Shown here: one piece after another, positions 40,431 to 54,044 of the stretch | Position numbering within the stretch: the stretch's first letter is position 1 | Layout of the letters: every line of letters begins with the position of its first letter | NCBI GenBank assembly: GCA_973851085.1 | Contig: OZ316776.1 | Coordinates: 1,984,001 to 2,048,000, forward strand | DNA: 64,000 bases | DNA from: Ptychomitrium polyphyllum | Lineage: Eukaryota | Reading direction: 5' to 3' | Program-made: the position numbers and the translations under genes | Notes under the pieces: model-generated | What the model was told of the DNA's origin: nothing | The model's input: only the letters and a program-made list of their open reading frames with translations | The model's database searches: none

Positions 40431-43400
40431 TTCTTGGAAAACGTCACCAGTAGCCTACTTTACTGCAATTGGGTTCATTTTCTTACCTTCGTTTCACAGC
40501 ACAATTTTGGGCAAAATTCATATTTTCGAGTTGCATTAATAGGTAAGTACATTTGTTTTTCAAAAGCAATTGTAGCAATTTGAACTACATTACTGGTACA
40601 GTAAGCCTTAAAGTGAGGTGATAGCACAAATAGGAATAAATCCAAAATCTCCTTTTATAAATGTCACCAACAATGTACTCCGTTATGCTTCCTCTTCTTT
40701 AAAAAATCCAAATTGTGGCCATAAATGAACGAGCCACATTTAAGAGGATTTTGAATTGATCGTTCTGTGCAGTGATGGTCTGTTGAGTAAAAGGGTTGTG
40801 CCTAGCCAAGTGAAAACCGAAAATGGTACAATAACTTGACGATTCTGAAAGCAATTATTCTTTATTGCAAATATTGAAATGTAGTGCCAAAACATTTTAA
40901 TACTTGATGCAGAAACTCTGCCAACATTGAATTTGCAATCTGCACAAGTAATTTACTTGGGATGGAGGACCAGTGCCTTCATTGATCATGACATCAATTT
41001 TTCTGTTCCAAGTCTGCAGTAGAATGCCAACCTCTCAGCCACTGAACTAAGCCTTGGGGTCAATTTACACTGCGGACCAAGAGCCGCAATCAAAAAGTAA
41101 AATATTTCCAAGGGCTTTTTTCCAAGGCCCTGGTAATTTTCCATAGTGTAAACGAAATTTTAATCCAAATACAACAATGTTCACTAGCTGAAGCAACTCA
41201 TCCTCATCTTCATCTTCATCTTGGAGAGTGTGGTTTTAATAATAAATGATAAATAGGGTATGTGATAGTAAATGCATAAAGGTAAAAATTTAGGTTGGTG
41301 GTGTGGCACACAAATTTTCTTACTTTTTATTATAGAACATTTATCACCAAAAAAAGAAAATTTTGAAAAATGGATTGATTCTTTTAGAAGAAAGCGTTCA
41401 AAGGAATCACTAAAAAAATATCATAATAACGGTGGATTGGATTTTTGATTATTCCATAGTCAACCCAAAAAAATAAAATAAATGATTGGCAGTAAAAACA
41501 ATCACTTAAGATTGAATTGCCTTGATGAAAAGACATTGGACCATAGAATGCAGTAGCCAAATGATGGCATTACTAAAAGTATAGAGTTCAAAGTCCATAT
41601 TTATGGATTTATATGCAGTCCATATACTTTGGTTAATTTTTTTAATTTAATTTCTTTTTAAATAGACATCTTTACAAAGAAACAAAGTATTCTATTCTTA
41701 TGGTGTTGTACATTTTTGTCAAATTAATAAATGACCTAAAATTATTGTATTATTGAAGAACAAAAAAATGAATAATATGACATCAAAAACAAAATTAATC
41801 ATTAGAAGCAATTATTTGGTGATATAATACAATATCTCATGATGAAAAAAAAAATTCCTTTAGAAGATTTGAAATAAGAATGTAATGATATTTTATATTG
41901 CTTACAAAAGTTGGCATCATATATCTTATTTAATTTTCCAAATAGATTTTGAAAATCAATAATTCATAGTCATTTAGATGTAAAGAATTATTGAGTAAGA
42001 AATTACATATCAACAATAAACAATTTTTTGCATGATTAAACTTTATAAGAGACTGAAATAAACCATCAAATTTTAATAATTTATAAATATCACCATTCAA
42101 ATTATAAATCCAATATTAATTCATCTCTTAATTTTGTTAAATTTTGAAATTCATTTATGTTCAAGCCTTGTCTTTTAATCCTTTCTTATTTTATTTAATT
42201 TACATTATTCTTCATGTCTCCATTTAATTAATAATTAGTTCAATGGCTTTCAATAAAATTGAAGGTATTTTGGATGTGTTATAATATGGGCAATAAGGCA
42301 TTTGGCATAAATGACTTCTATGACATGATTAAAAAAAAGCATCAAATGTTGTATTATTGGGTGTCATTGTTGTATTATATAAGAAGTTTTAATTATAAAA
42401 TGTGATTGTTCAAAATTGAGATTATTATATAAACAAGCATAATATTAATATTTAAACATTACAAATAATAAGACTTTGAAATAATGAAGAAAATAAATGA
42501 TATTTAAGACTTAACAAAACTATACTATATTATTGTTCTTTTATAATATGACAAGTTTTTTTGAAATTTTTTTGTATTATCAAATGTTTTAATCAATGGT
42601 TACTACAAGTTCTTATACAATTCTAAGAATTTTAAAGTTTAATGTACTTCTTGATTATAGATGAATGAACCATATTTTTTGGTAGATTTTTTTATATTAT
42701 ATTAGATAAAATTCATCTTTGTTACTTCTATTTTATGAAAAATGAAGGAATTTAACTATAATAGTTGGTAGTGAAAAAATATGACATAAAATTTCAGAAT
42801 ATAATGTAATAAAATATTATGTTAAACTACATGACAACATCTATTTTTGTGTAAAGTATTGACCTTGTTTTCAAGTGGATGATAGAAATGGCAAGTTGAA
42901 GATTATAACATCTTTTAATATAAGCAAGTTCATGGATGCACTCATACTATGGACACTATAGTGACCCTCTTGCATTTATTTTATATTCAAAATATTAGCT
43001 CAAATATGTGGCTTCATTATAAATAACTAGAGTTAAGCCACATATTAAAACTAAAATTTTGCATTTAAATGAATGTATTAATTACATTATAGCATTCATA
43101 ATATAAGTGGCACCTATAGACTTATCTACCTCAATTTTTAAACAAAAGCTTAGTTTATCTACTTTTAGTTTGATGCTAAGGGCTTGTTAGATTGTACTCT
43201 TGGTGAGGTATATATTAAATATGGTATGTTGACTTTAAAGCACCAACTTAAGAAATTACACCTATTCATGATAAAAATGTTTTTGAAAAAATGCAATGAT
43301 TAGAGAAGAAAAATTCTTAATGAATGTAAATTTTTTAATAACTTTATTACAAGAATTAGAATTGCTACAAGTTTTCAAAATAAAAAGTATCATGAAATCG

Positions 43401-45986
43401 AAAAGCTTAATAATTTGAACTAGAATTATGATATGTGCTATAAATTTCCGCTTATAACAATGTTTTAAATCATTATTTATACCTTTGCATGTTGTTGGTT
43501 TACTTTGAAAACTATGTAGTGATTTAGATCTTAAAATTGATATTTAAAAAAATATATATATAATATCCCTATAGAAGAATTGGTGCTTTAAAAACAATAT
43601 ACCATTTTTGCAATTTATGTCCACCTATTATATTCTCGCCAATTTGTTGTAAATAACAACTTCATTATCCAATAATTTAAGTCATCTGTAACAACTTGCA
43701 AGCCTTCTTTTCTACATATTTGGCCCTACTTCCATTGTTCCTTGATTCCAATTAAAGTTTCAAATAATTGGCTTTTTCTTCTAGTTTTCCACCTATTAGC
43801 AATTTTATGCAATCAATGTGGTATTAATGTTGCACCATCCTTTAAAGGTAATAAAATTTCACTTTCCAAAGGTGGACTACATTATAATAATTATGAGATC
43901 TATATTATTTGAAATTTTCATAATTTACATGAAGGTCTGCTCACTTAAAGACTTAAGTTTTCAAAAAAAGAAATTTAAGCAAATAAAAAGATGGTTTGTT
44001 GAATCAAGTCTTTTTAATTATTAAATAAGACTTTATTATTATTTTTCAAATTTGATATATTACATGGAAGGCTATAATTGTTTTTTCAAGTTTACAGTAG
44101 ATGGAAGAATTAAAAAGACTACTTCCATTTTAATACAAGAAATTTTCATTCATCTTTGGCTTACTCATTTAAGATTTAGAGGCCCATATAAACTCATGTA
44201 TTTGTTGCTTTCCAATGACTCAAATTTCTTCCACATACAACTCAAAATATATGTTAATTAGTGCTTATTTGTAAAGTGCTAAAAATGAATTAAAAAACTT
44301 TTGTCACCAACACAATAAGCTATTATGTTTTGTTGAATGTGAATGTGATGAGATGGAATACTTTCAAGTTGCATGAAGATTCAACATTGAAGTCTTTGGC
44401 CTAAAAGGCAAACTGCATGGATGAAACCATGAAAATATAGCAACTTAATTCCTTTATAGTATTTCCAACATGCATACCACCAAGAAGAAATCTTTTTATT
44501 TATATGGAACTATTTCTTCAAAATACTTCAATAGAAAGCACATAATGTCATCTAATTTGATGTGTCAGTTTCTTGTAACTCCAAAAATCAAATAGTATCC
44601 CTCAAATTCTATACAAGGACATGCTTGTAAGGGACTAATTTGTCATCCAATGTCTAAATAAAGAAAACGCAATGCCTATTTAATACAACTTAAAAATGTG
44701 CTTCCAATGCTCATGGTTTCAAACACTGGTTCCATCTGAATAAAAATTATTCCTTTTTGACAGTTTGGTGTATGTATTGAAGATGGTTTTAGGGGACTCA
44801 ACTCCAGGCTGTCTCACAGGTTTGTCTTAGGCTTCGAAAAAGTTGTCTACATTTTGGGGAAAATACTGCAAAAGAGTGAGTATTGACATGAGAGCAAGTG
44901 GACATTTATGTCCGGAAGTACTAAAGAGTAGAATCACAGTAGTATAAGAATTTTACCTTCTGTGAAGCAAGAATATTTTCCTTCTAGAAAGATTTGAAAT
45001 TTTGACATCTGTAACATCAATGAACAGCAGAAGTATATAGTATTCTGAAACTAGGTCTACAGATAACATTCTGGCAAGAGTGCTCTTTTGTAATTGTGAA
45101 AACCATACTTGTCAATAACGTTTGTGATAGGTGCCCTGGGACCTAAGATTTTATTTTGGAAATAAATAATCTTCTCACTTGATACTTATATGTTTTAACT
45201 TGTGCCCTTTTTAAAAACAAAACAACAAGAAATATAGAAGGCATGTAAATTCGTAGTAATTTTTTTATGAATCGGAGTAGCTCACCTTTGCATTAAATGT
45301 GAAATTTACTAAAAGATGGCAGTGAATACATGTAGGCATGAGTCTAGAATGATGACTTGATGCACATCCTCCTTCAATACTTTATTAAACATAGTTCCAA
45401 CAAAGGAACTATATCTTTTTTTAAAAATGGCATTATCTTTTTCTTGAAAGCAGTTGTTATTAGAGGTCACTGAAGAATGCTAAGTTTCTTTGATTTCATT
45501 TTGCTTATTTACAACTGCTGTTGGATTTGGATGCCCCTACTAGTGGAATTGTCTTCTACTTTCATGGAGGATGTTTGTTAGAGGCCGTACAGCTCAACTT
45601 GGATCCTGCAAGGGCCCAAGGAGACACAGCATCTAATGTGACATGGAGCCCTGTGACATGAAGAAAAAGATGGCATGGGCAGGAGGCCAAACAACAAGCA
45701 TTGCAGGCTATTGTGGACCCTACAACCTTGAAGCAGAAGCCAGACTCTGCAAGAGGAATGAAGTGTCCAATTGGCCAAGCTGGCATGCATACTAGGTAGG
45801 AGGCTTATACGGCTGATATCCTTCATAAGGGAACCATTCATCGAAACTGCAAATTAAGAACTAAGAAAAGCTTCCAATAGCAACATTCTAGAGCAGGATC
45901 AATACGGTAGCACATGAGAGAGCCTGGCGTATAAAAACCTCCAGACGAATCAGCTGGGGTGTCACTGTAGCAGTGCAAGTGGGAGG

Positions 45987-46079
45987 GAAGAGGACGATGA
46001 AGAAGACGAAAATGAAGACGACGAAGATGAAGACGACGAAGATGAAGACGAAGATGAAGAGGAAGATGAAGAGGAAGAT
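45987..46079 (+). repeat. GAN-triplet low-complexity tract (31 codons, almost all Asp/Glu) in a non-open frame
   Basis: GAAGAGGACGATGAAGAAGACG...; the frame is closed by an upstream TGA with no intervening ATG. Confidence 0.7.
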
Positions 46080-46541
46080 GGAGGCAGGACTGGCAATCAG
46101 CATGCAAACTGGAAGCTTGGAACTTGGATGAGGATACAACAGCGGTGACGAGGAAGACTCCGACTCACGCACTGACACTCAGACCAGAGAGAGAGGAGCC
46201 TGTCAAGGCCAGGCCTTGGGATGAAGAAGATGATGACGGGGCATGTGGATTGGGTTGGGTTGCTGTTGCTCCGAAGAGAAAGGAAAGTGTGTTGAATCAT
46301 TAATAAGCTTAGAGTGTTTGTTGATGTTTGTTGGAGGAGGTTGGGAGAGCAACGATGATGAGAGCGGTATTCTCTTGCGCGCTGGGGGAGGAGGGGAGGT
46401 AAAGTTAAGGAATTGAGGGCATGCGTTGTGCCTGATGTTCCGCCCCCGAGCCCCCCCTGGTTTGCAGGGACAGCACCAAATCCGCCTGCCACAGATCCAG
46501 TGTTAGTATGGGAGCCTGGGAGAGAGCGCCGCTCTCCACTT

Positions 46542-46800
46542 CCTATATATCGTAAATCTGGGGCGTATGTCAGACTACTCGTCGTAACTCCCCCCCTCGC
46601 TCGCCCTCTTTCTCCCACCCCAAACTCAGTCCTCCCTTCATCCAGTACCCCAGGTCTTTCTCTCTCTTGTTACCTCCACCCTCTCACAAGGCCCGGCTGG
46701 CTCCAGCTGACATCAACCTTCGTGAGAGTATTCTCTTTTCTTCTCTTCCTTTCCCGGTCTCCACCTTACCTCTCCTCTTTTCTTGCTCTTCTTTTCACTC
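46542..46800 (+). promoter_or_regulatory. TATA-like box and CT-rich leader of the MADS-box gene
   Basis: CTATATATCG at about 46542-46551 followed by a pyrimidine-rich stretch; TTTGCAG acceptor ending at 46995 suggests a 5'UTR intron. Confidence 0.45.
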
Positions 46801-47208
46801 ATGACTTCAACACCAGCTCTCTTGGGTCTGGGTTGCCAGCTGGGTTAGTTCCAGTAGCATTTTGGAGCAGTCGCCTAATTAGGCAGGGGATGTTGTAGGG
46901 GAGCTGGTTTGGTACTTTGGTATTCGTTTGGTATTGAATAATTTGTAAGTAGGGAGGTAAGTGATAGTGTAAGGAATTGGTTTTATGGTTTGCAGCTTGT
47001 AAGGGGTGTATGGATGATGACAGCGTCTGGACAGTACAGAAGTTTGCAGTACTTTGGGCTGTCACTCAATTCTAGTTACAGTGGAGCGGGTGCTGTGGAG
47101 CGGGCAGGCAGCAGCATCTGGGAGAACACCAACAGTGGCGCAGGAGGAGTGCCGGACAGTTGGTCTGGGGTGAGAGGGAAGGTGGATTCACCTAGAGAGC
47201 CACCACGG

Positions 47209-50092
47209 ATGGGTCGCGGGAAAATAGAAATTAAGAAGATAGAGAATCCCACTAGTAGGCAGGTCACATTTTCCAAGAGGAGAGGCGGGCTGCTCAAGAA
47301 AGCCCATGAGCTCGCCGTGCTGTGCGATGCCGAAGTGGCGCTCATCATCTTCTCCAGCACTGGCAAACTCTTCGAATTCGCCAGTACAAGCAGGTAGGAT
47401 CATATTGTTCTACACCGCGTAGTGAGGCAGGGCACTATCAATGTCACACCCTGCCAATCTCATCACCCCTCTCGAGGAGCCACACAATTGTTCCCCTTCC
47501 TCTTCCACCATCATCCTCCGGGATTTCAAATTTTCCAAATTTAAATCATTTAGAACTATGCTGTGTAGCCTTTAGCTGTCCTCAATCATGAAAATAGTGA
47601 CACTGATTCTCTCGCCCTCCACCCTCTGGTGCAATCCTCTGCTGAGTTTCCTTTGTTGAGCTTTCGGATGGCCATGCTGTATGTAGAGCGTCTCCTTTTT
47701 CTTATCATGATTCCATAGCGATGGTTCCAAGTTTTTGGTTTTTCTTCCCACTTCGGACTTAGGGTGGAGTACTATCATCGCTCAAATTTTCTCCTTGGCT
47801 ATGACCTCTCCATTTTTTCAGTAGCAGCTGGACGATGTCGTATATCACTCATTTAGCTGCAACTTTGACGTCGGTATTTGCAGACCGGTAGTTTTTTGTT
47901 TTGAGGTTTAAAAACCCCATTACATTGGCTCAAAATTAACTTAGCGTGCAGCACCGTGCTCGGAGGTTTGGTCGACATTGCCAGTGTGCAGCTTTCTAAG
48001 AGAGTACTCTGAAGAGGCCAATGTTATGAAAATTTACACTCTTTAGAACGTAGAAAAATATATTGGAAATTTTGATCCTAATACCTTGGAAAACGAGAAG
48101 CTTTTGCCGATTTTAATAATCATCTTATTGAATTAATCATTTGATTCCATTGATACCAAATTCCCAGTGACGACTAGTTTTTGTGTTAGGGTTTATAACC
48201 ATCATTAGGAGATAATGCATCATTGGAGTTCTTGTTCTGTTCACCTGTACTATTTCATCCCAAACCTTTTCTTAAGACCGTGTTTGGAGGTTCTGATCTC
48301 TGCTAGCCATTGTACATTGGTGCTGTGTAGCATGCGCGACATTCTCGAGCGGTACAGCAAGTGCCCAGATGGGGTCCAGACTGGCGGTAACAGCGACGTA
48401 CGTTCTAACCGAACTTTATATCAGCACCTTTAACAACAATCTGAATAGCTCTGCTCAATAGAGACTCCACTAATTAATAAAATTCCGCTGGATCACTGAC
48501 AGTCTTGTGTGGTCATTGACAGTTCATGGGCCGCGAAGTAGTGAAGCTAAGACAACAGTTGGAGCGATTGCAGCATTCGCAGAGGTTAGAGAACTACTCC
48601 ATCACCGAAGGCATCTGATTATATTAATTTTTGAGTCCACATTACCATGACTCGGTTTGTATCCTTACAAGGATGTGGGTGGTATTGCTATAGGCACATG
48701 CTTGGTGAGGATCTCCAAGTCTTAACGGTGCCCGATCTGCTACAGTTGGAGCAGCAACTGGACATGGGTGCTTCAAGAGTCCGAGCAAGGAAGGCAAGTG
48801 CCAGGTTGTTAGTAAGGATTAAATTCCAGATTACAAATCAATAGTGTCACAGAAGCAGTGAAAAAGCTGGGTCGTTTATGAACATGAGTTCTTGGATTAA
48901 TTTCCCATTAGACTTACTGCAAGTACACACTACTGTAGCTCTCTGTACCTTAAGCTGCGTCTTCACTTCGAGGCTCCCACGTGGGTCTTAGTGACACCTC
49001 TACTTGATAGTAATACGACTTATTCAAGCCCATCAAGCCATAATTATTGGGTCGCATAGAGAATACAAGTTCTTCACATTCGAAGAATCTTTGGAATTTT
49101 GAGAATCACCGTCAGGTAGGTCATAGCTGGCAAACTGAAGTATTAACGCTTCGGAAGTCTTTTATCTTTTGCAGAACCAGCTTTTACTGGAAGAAATTGA
49201 AGAGTTACGCAATAAGGTGTGCTCTTGCTTTCTTTTTCTCTCTAGGAAAATCACTTCCCTGAAGTGCAGATTCAGCGTCGTACAGTTTATTTCATTCATT
49301 CAACTGATGTATCATGGGTTTCTCTGTGTTTCCAGGAGCGAGATCTGGCGGCCGAAAATGAAGCGTTGCGTCAGAAGGTACACTACTCATTCTCAATTTC
49401 TATACCGAGCCAGTGACTACTTATCTCGGTATCAAGGAAAATTAATATAAAAATGTATTTCCATCTTGAGACAACAATGTGTTAATGGATTGTTCATTAG
49501 TAGTGTTACGTGTATGGTACATTCCGGACCAGAATAGCAACTGACGAAAGTGTCGGTGATTGTGCTTTGTTTAGCTTGCCGATGCGAAGGGAATGGTTGA
49601 AGCTGCAGCCCGTGGCCCTACCTCATCAGGAAGTCCCGGTCCAGTTGCCATTATGCAGGCCCATGAGGCTGGTGGGAGTTCACAGGCACTCACTGTGTAC
49701 CCAACACATCCCAATCTCCGAGACCCACAGACCTCTCAAACCTCGTTACATCTGGGGTGAGCCTGCACTCATTTATACCCTCTTTTTCTGGTAACGGTTT
49801 CTGATAAGGGATTTTATGATTAGGCTAATCTCATCTAATTAAGCATCTGGGATTGATTTGTTTTGTGTATTTACAATAGGTTATTTCCAGAATCCTTCAT
49901 GCCAAGCACAAGCCGAAGGCCGTCCCAGCAAAGTCCAACCGAGCCAGAAGGTACAATAACTCAATTCCACTTCGTGTTGCTTTTCTATTACTTAAAATGA
50001 ACTAGTGTTAAAATAACTTTGAATTCGTAATACTGATTGCAGGTGAATCTCCGATGAGATGGGATCACCCACACTATCGAAGCCAGAAATAG
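47209..50092 (+). CDS. MIKC(C)-type MADS-box transcription factor (moss PpMADS-S-like), 9 exons, 266 aa
   Basis: Exons 47209-47393, 48331-48397, 48523-48584, 48694-48793, 49175-49216, 49336-49377, 49575-49756, 49880-49950, 50043-50092 (801 nt, frame intact). [36 protein letters not shown]-box [31 protein letters not shown]; classic 62/100/42/42-nt K exons. Confidence 0.95.
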
Positions 50093-50103
50093 ACTCCATG
50101 CAA
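50082..50103 (+). promoter_or_regulatory. Putative miR538 target site overlapping the MADS stop codon
   Basis: GCCAGAAATAGACTCCATGCAA versus the reverse complement of ppt-miR538 as recalled (TCCAGACATAGACTCCATGCAA): 20/22. Confidence 0.75.
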
Positions 50104-51859
50104 TCTTTCCACTACGTGGGAACAGTAGAAGTTACATTGTTCACTTGGTAAGTGAGAAGATGAATTATTCGGTACAACTAGGGTCATGATCATTACAACA
50201 CCACGGGTTCCCTTGCATACTGATAATTTTCTCTAGATTGTGCATGTGCGGAAGCATGCCTTCTTCCACCAAATTACTGAAGGTTACTTAGTACAATTAG
50301 CTACCAACATTTTACATGATTTAAAGTGCTGTGATTCCAGACGGATATTGTAGTTGTTTAACTAGTTAGAGACTGCATTTCATTTGCCTATTCATGCAGA
50401 ACCCAGATTCAATAGTTCTGAATCCGTGTAGAATTGAAACACCTCAAGAGCTACAGTTCTGCATGTAAAGTCAGACATCTGTTTCAGCCCAGGCTGTTCC
50501 AGGTCCATCCTGTAGGCAAGATCAGGCTTTGTCATAAACTTTTGTGGATATCACTGATCAGTGCACTTTTGGTTCCTTTCTAGAAATTGTAGTTGGCCGT
50601 AAAAATCTAGCCTTAAATGGCCAGCCAAAAAGGAAAACTTTAGTACCAAATCCATGTCAGTTAACTGTACTGACACATTATTGAATTTGCTTACTCAGAC
50701 GTCAATGAAAGAATTGTGGCTTCCCAGCTTGATCGAAATTGAGTAAAAAACAATTAATTAGGTTCTCATAGACTTCAATTACTGACTTTTTCATAAAGTC
50801 TCTGGGCCTCACGCAGAAGGTGGCTCTGACAGTGCACTGATAAATTAGAGGGAACTTATGGATGAAGACATCAACTTGGCTGTTATAGCTGACTGTCAGG
50901 GAGATCTGGAGATGAAAACTGTACTCACGAACTTCTTCATTGTGCGTCGGAATGTACACAGGTCTCCAGACAGGCATTTGCAGAATGTGGAATTGCATCG
51001 GAAGGGCTTGAAGAAGGCCGACTAGAAGCTGTCAGAGAATTATACATCCGCAACGTTCATTCGGAGTGGTGGTACTACTTCGAGATAATGACTTCTACAT
51101 TTCATCCACATTCATCCGGATTCTTCGGTTCCTTGGGGTGGTGCTGGTTTGTTAGTGTGTCTTTGGACACAATAGACTTGCAAACAAGGCAGCACCGATC
51201 GTTAGGAATGACCGTTAGGTCAGTGGACATTGGTGCATTATTGTAAGGGATTCAACCATTTTTTGCTGCAATCAGCCAATCCATTCTTTTTTGTACAACA
51301 CATTGTCACTCACCCTCGCTTGTTTCTGCTACTTTTGTCGATTTCTTGTCCATGTGGGTCAATCATGTGTTCATCGTTTACGATTGCAAATGTCACAGTT
51401 GAGGGTTCAAAGCTTTACTACCCTGACTCAGTGGATTAAATTAATCCTCATTAATCCAGACAACTCTTGTTGGAGACTTGTGATTATTTGGTGAGGCGTG
51501 GTGGAAGTTTCATAATTGAAATGCAAAGCAGCTGCTTCGTGTATTTGAAAGTATTCAGTATTTCTATCTTGACTCTCATATATTGTTGTAGAATATAATC
51601 TGAATATGTTTCTTAAGGTGGGATATCAAATGCTTTAATCTATAGATATCTTGTAGTTGGTAATTTCAAAAAGTTGGCTTCTTGAATCACAATCGCTAGC
51701 AAGAAGTGAAGATCTGAATCTTACCCCACCCTGTAAATTACAGTTGGATTCCATAGCTTGAACTCTACATTGTGAAGATCTGTCTACTGTGCACTACTGG
51801 CCAGGTTCAGGGACTAAGTGACCATGAATCTAGTACAGAGTAACTTGGACTGGAATTAG

Positions 51860-52761
51860 TTAATGGAAGCGGAACTCCAGCACGCCAACTTGGTTCTGGA
51901 CATCATCCAGTTGCTCTCCCTGCTTTGCCCTCAGCTTCCAATTTTCTTCGAGTTTGATGCCCGATTCTATTGTTCGTCCGTCTAGGAAATCCAGCTTCAC
52001 CGTCAGCATGTCCAGGATAACCTTCAACTTGGAGTCTAATTCATTGCGTAACTTCTTTTCTGTTCCTGCCAAATTTTCCTGCAATCAGCGCAGCAATCAC
52101 ATCCATGAGCTCCGCTATTCTTAATGGACACCAATCTTTGTGATCGAACTCACATGACAAATGCATGTTGCTTTCCTATTGTCCAAGAATGTTTGAAATC
52201 ACTTTGTGCTCTCAGGACAATTTTACTTGACTATCATCTCGCAGATTATTCAGAGAGAAAATGCGATGAAGTATGAATTGCAACTGGTTCAGGAACTGCG
52301 CACTGAAACGGATATGAACTTGATTTCTACCATGAGTATAAGAGTGCGCCGTGTTTTTGACTTCTTAAAAAAATTTAACAATTTTCTTTTCAATACGTAT
52401 AGTCATCTAGAGGTTTTCCTAATTGATGCGTGAAAATGTCTCATATTCAAATTCAAATTCCAAGATTGTGACAGCGTTATGAGTTCTTCCGAACTACTTC
52501 CTGTTAAGCCACACTAGAGTACGTTCACAATTCCAAGATGACACTTGATGGACAAGTGTACACGTGCAGGTTGTCAACCTGTAACTTCTTGTTTTCTCTA
52601 TATAATTTATCAAAGTTGTCTGCGATGTACTTGGTATGCCCGATGATATTTCTTTCAATTTCAGAGAGCTTTCCTTTTAAATGAAGTTTGATACTATCGT
52701 CTGGCCATTTTTGCTTCAAAATAGCTCCAACAGTTTTGGATGGCATTGGAAACTGTTCCAT
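51860..52761 (-). CDS. Possible orphan two-exon coiled-coil ORF (or relic)
   Basis: Phase-0 GT-AG join of 52761-52579 (MEQFPMP..LYRENKKLQ) and 52078-51860 (ENLAGTEKKLRNELDSKLKVILD..); no family recognised. Confidence 0.3.
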
Positions 52762-53419
52762 TGACCTCTTGATGCTACTTCTGTGTGTAATACCCGCTGA
52801 GAACACAGATTTTAACTCACAACTCGGAAAACCTGGTCTAAACTGGTATAAACTGCTCTTAACTGCTCTTTCGAAGATGTCCTAAAACTTTACCATTCGT
52901 TTTGTTCGATAAAATATGCATCGCCTTTTAGAAGATGCCAGGAGTTGCTCCTCGGAAGGCCATAGTGTGTGACCCTTCATATTCTTGAGACGCACTCCTT
53001 CCTTTGCAGAACTGAGTCCTGGCACCGATTGTCAGGTTGACGGAACTGAACTTCAGTTTGGAGGCTTGGGTAGGTGATTCCAAATGAAACGTCCTCTCAA
53101 ACTGTTTGAATCCATTCAAAAGCAGTCGATTGAAAGAATGACACCAACTTCATAGATAAGTTCGTAATGTTCAGTAGTTCATGTCAATGGCTGATTTGGT
53201 AATATAAAATGGGAAGTAAAAAAATAAGCTAGTTATCTAAGTAAATTGAGGCCTCTTATACATTGTTTCAAAGTGCAGTCCCCATATCAAGAATTGTTCC
53301 TGTACAAGATTTCAAAATGGAAATTTTGGATGGTGGCAGAGAGAAAAACTTTTCTCTATACCAACCATATGGACATTGTTTGATACACCAACCATATGGG
53401 AACTCGGATGCAAAGCTGA

Positions 53420-54044
53420 CATACAGGTATTTGCACCCAACGACGCCACTTCATGACTCTGCAACAAGCTTCCATGTCGTTCTGGTTTCGATGTGACCTC
53501 CGTTGTTGATCTGGTGAAGGACCGACGTTCCATTGCAAGGCGTGCCAGTTTGATCTGCACCCGGTGCGAGTGGAGCTACCGCGGCGAATCTTGCAACTTC
53601 GACTTTGAACGCCAGCTGCGAGAAGCTGCACGAGAAGATTTTGACTTCTTTCCGTCCTCCTCTGAAGCTGCTGCTGGAGAAGTCGCCGTACCTCCTGCGG
53701 CGCTTGCTGTGTGATCTCTGCGACGAGCGCATGCCCATGGCGGCTGGGTGCATCGTTGTATGGATAGCAAGTTTGACCTGCATCGTTCCTACGTCCTGTT
53801 TCTTTCCGACATGCTCTGTCCTGCCCATCCGCACTGTCTCACGATCAGCGAGTACCGCACCTACCAGAGCGAGAGATATGTGTGCGATGTGTGCCTGGAA
53901 TTCTTTGGCAAACTTGACTTCCTGTGCAACAAGTACCTCATATCCTCCTTGCCAAGTTCCTCCACAACATATGCTCAGGTTCACAGTCGGGGCCGCTACC
54001 CTACCATATTGTATGACCCTACTTACAATGTGGACATAAGGTAG
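53420..54044 (+). pseudogene. Cys/His-rich DC1 (C1-like) repeat pseudogene
   Basis: Frameshifted FRCDLRC*SGEGPTFHCKACQFDLHP, LLCDLCDER..HRCMDSKFDLH and HPHCLTI..YVCDVCLE motifs. Confidence 0.7.

Noticed and set aside
45838..46178. Hydrophobic or His-rich minus-strand ORFs
   Set aside because: These are the antisense reading of the GAN-triplet tract.
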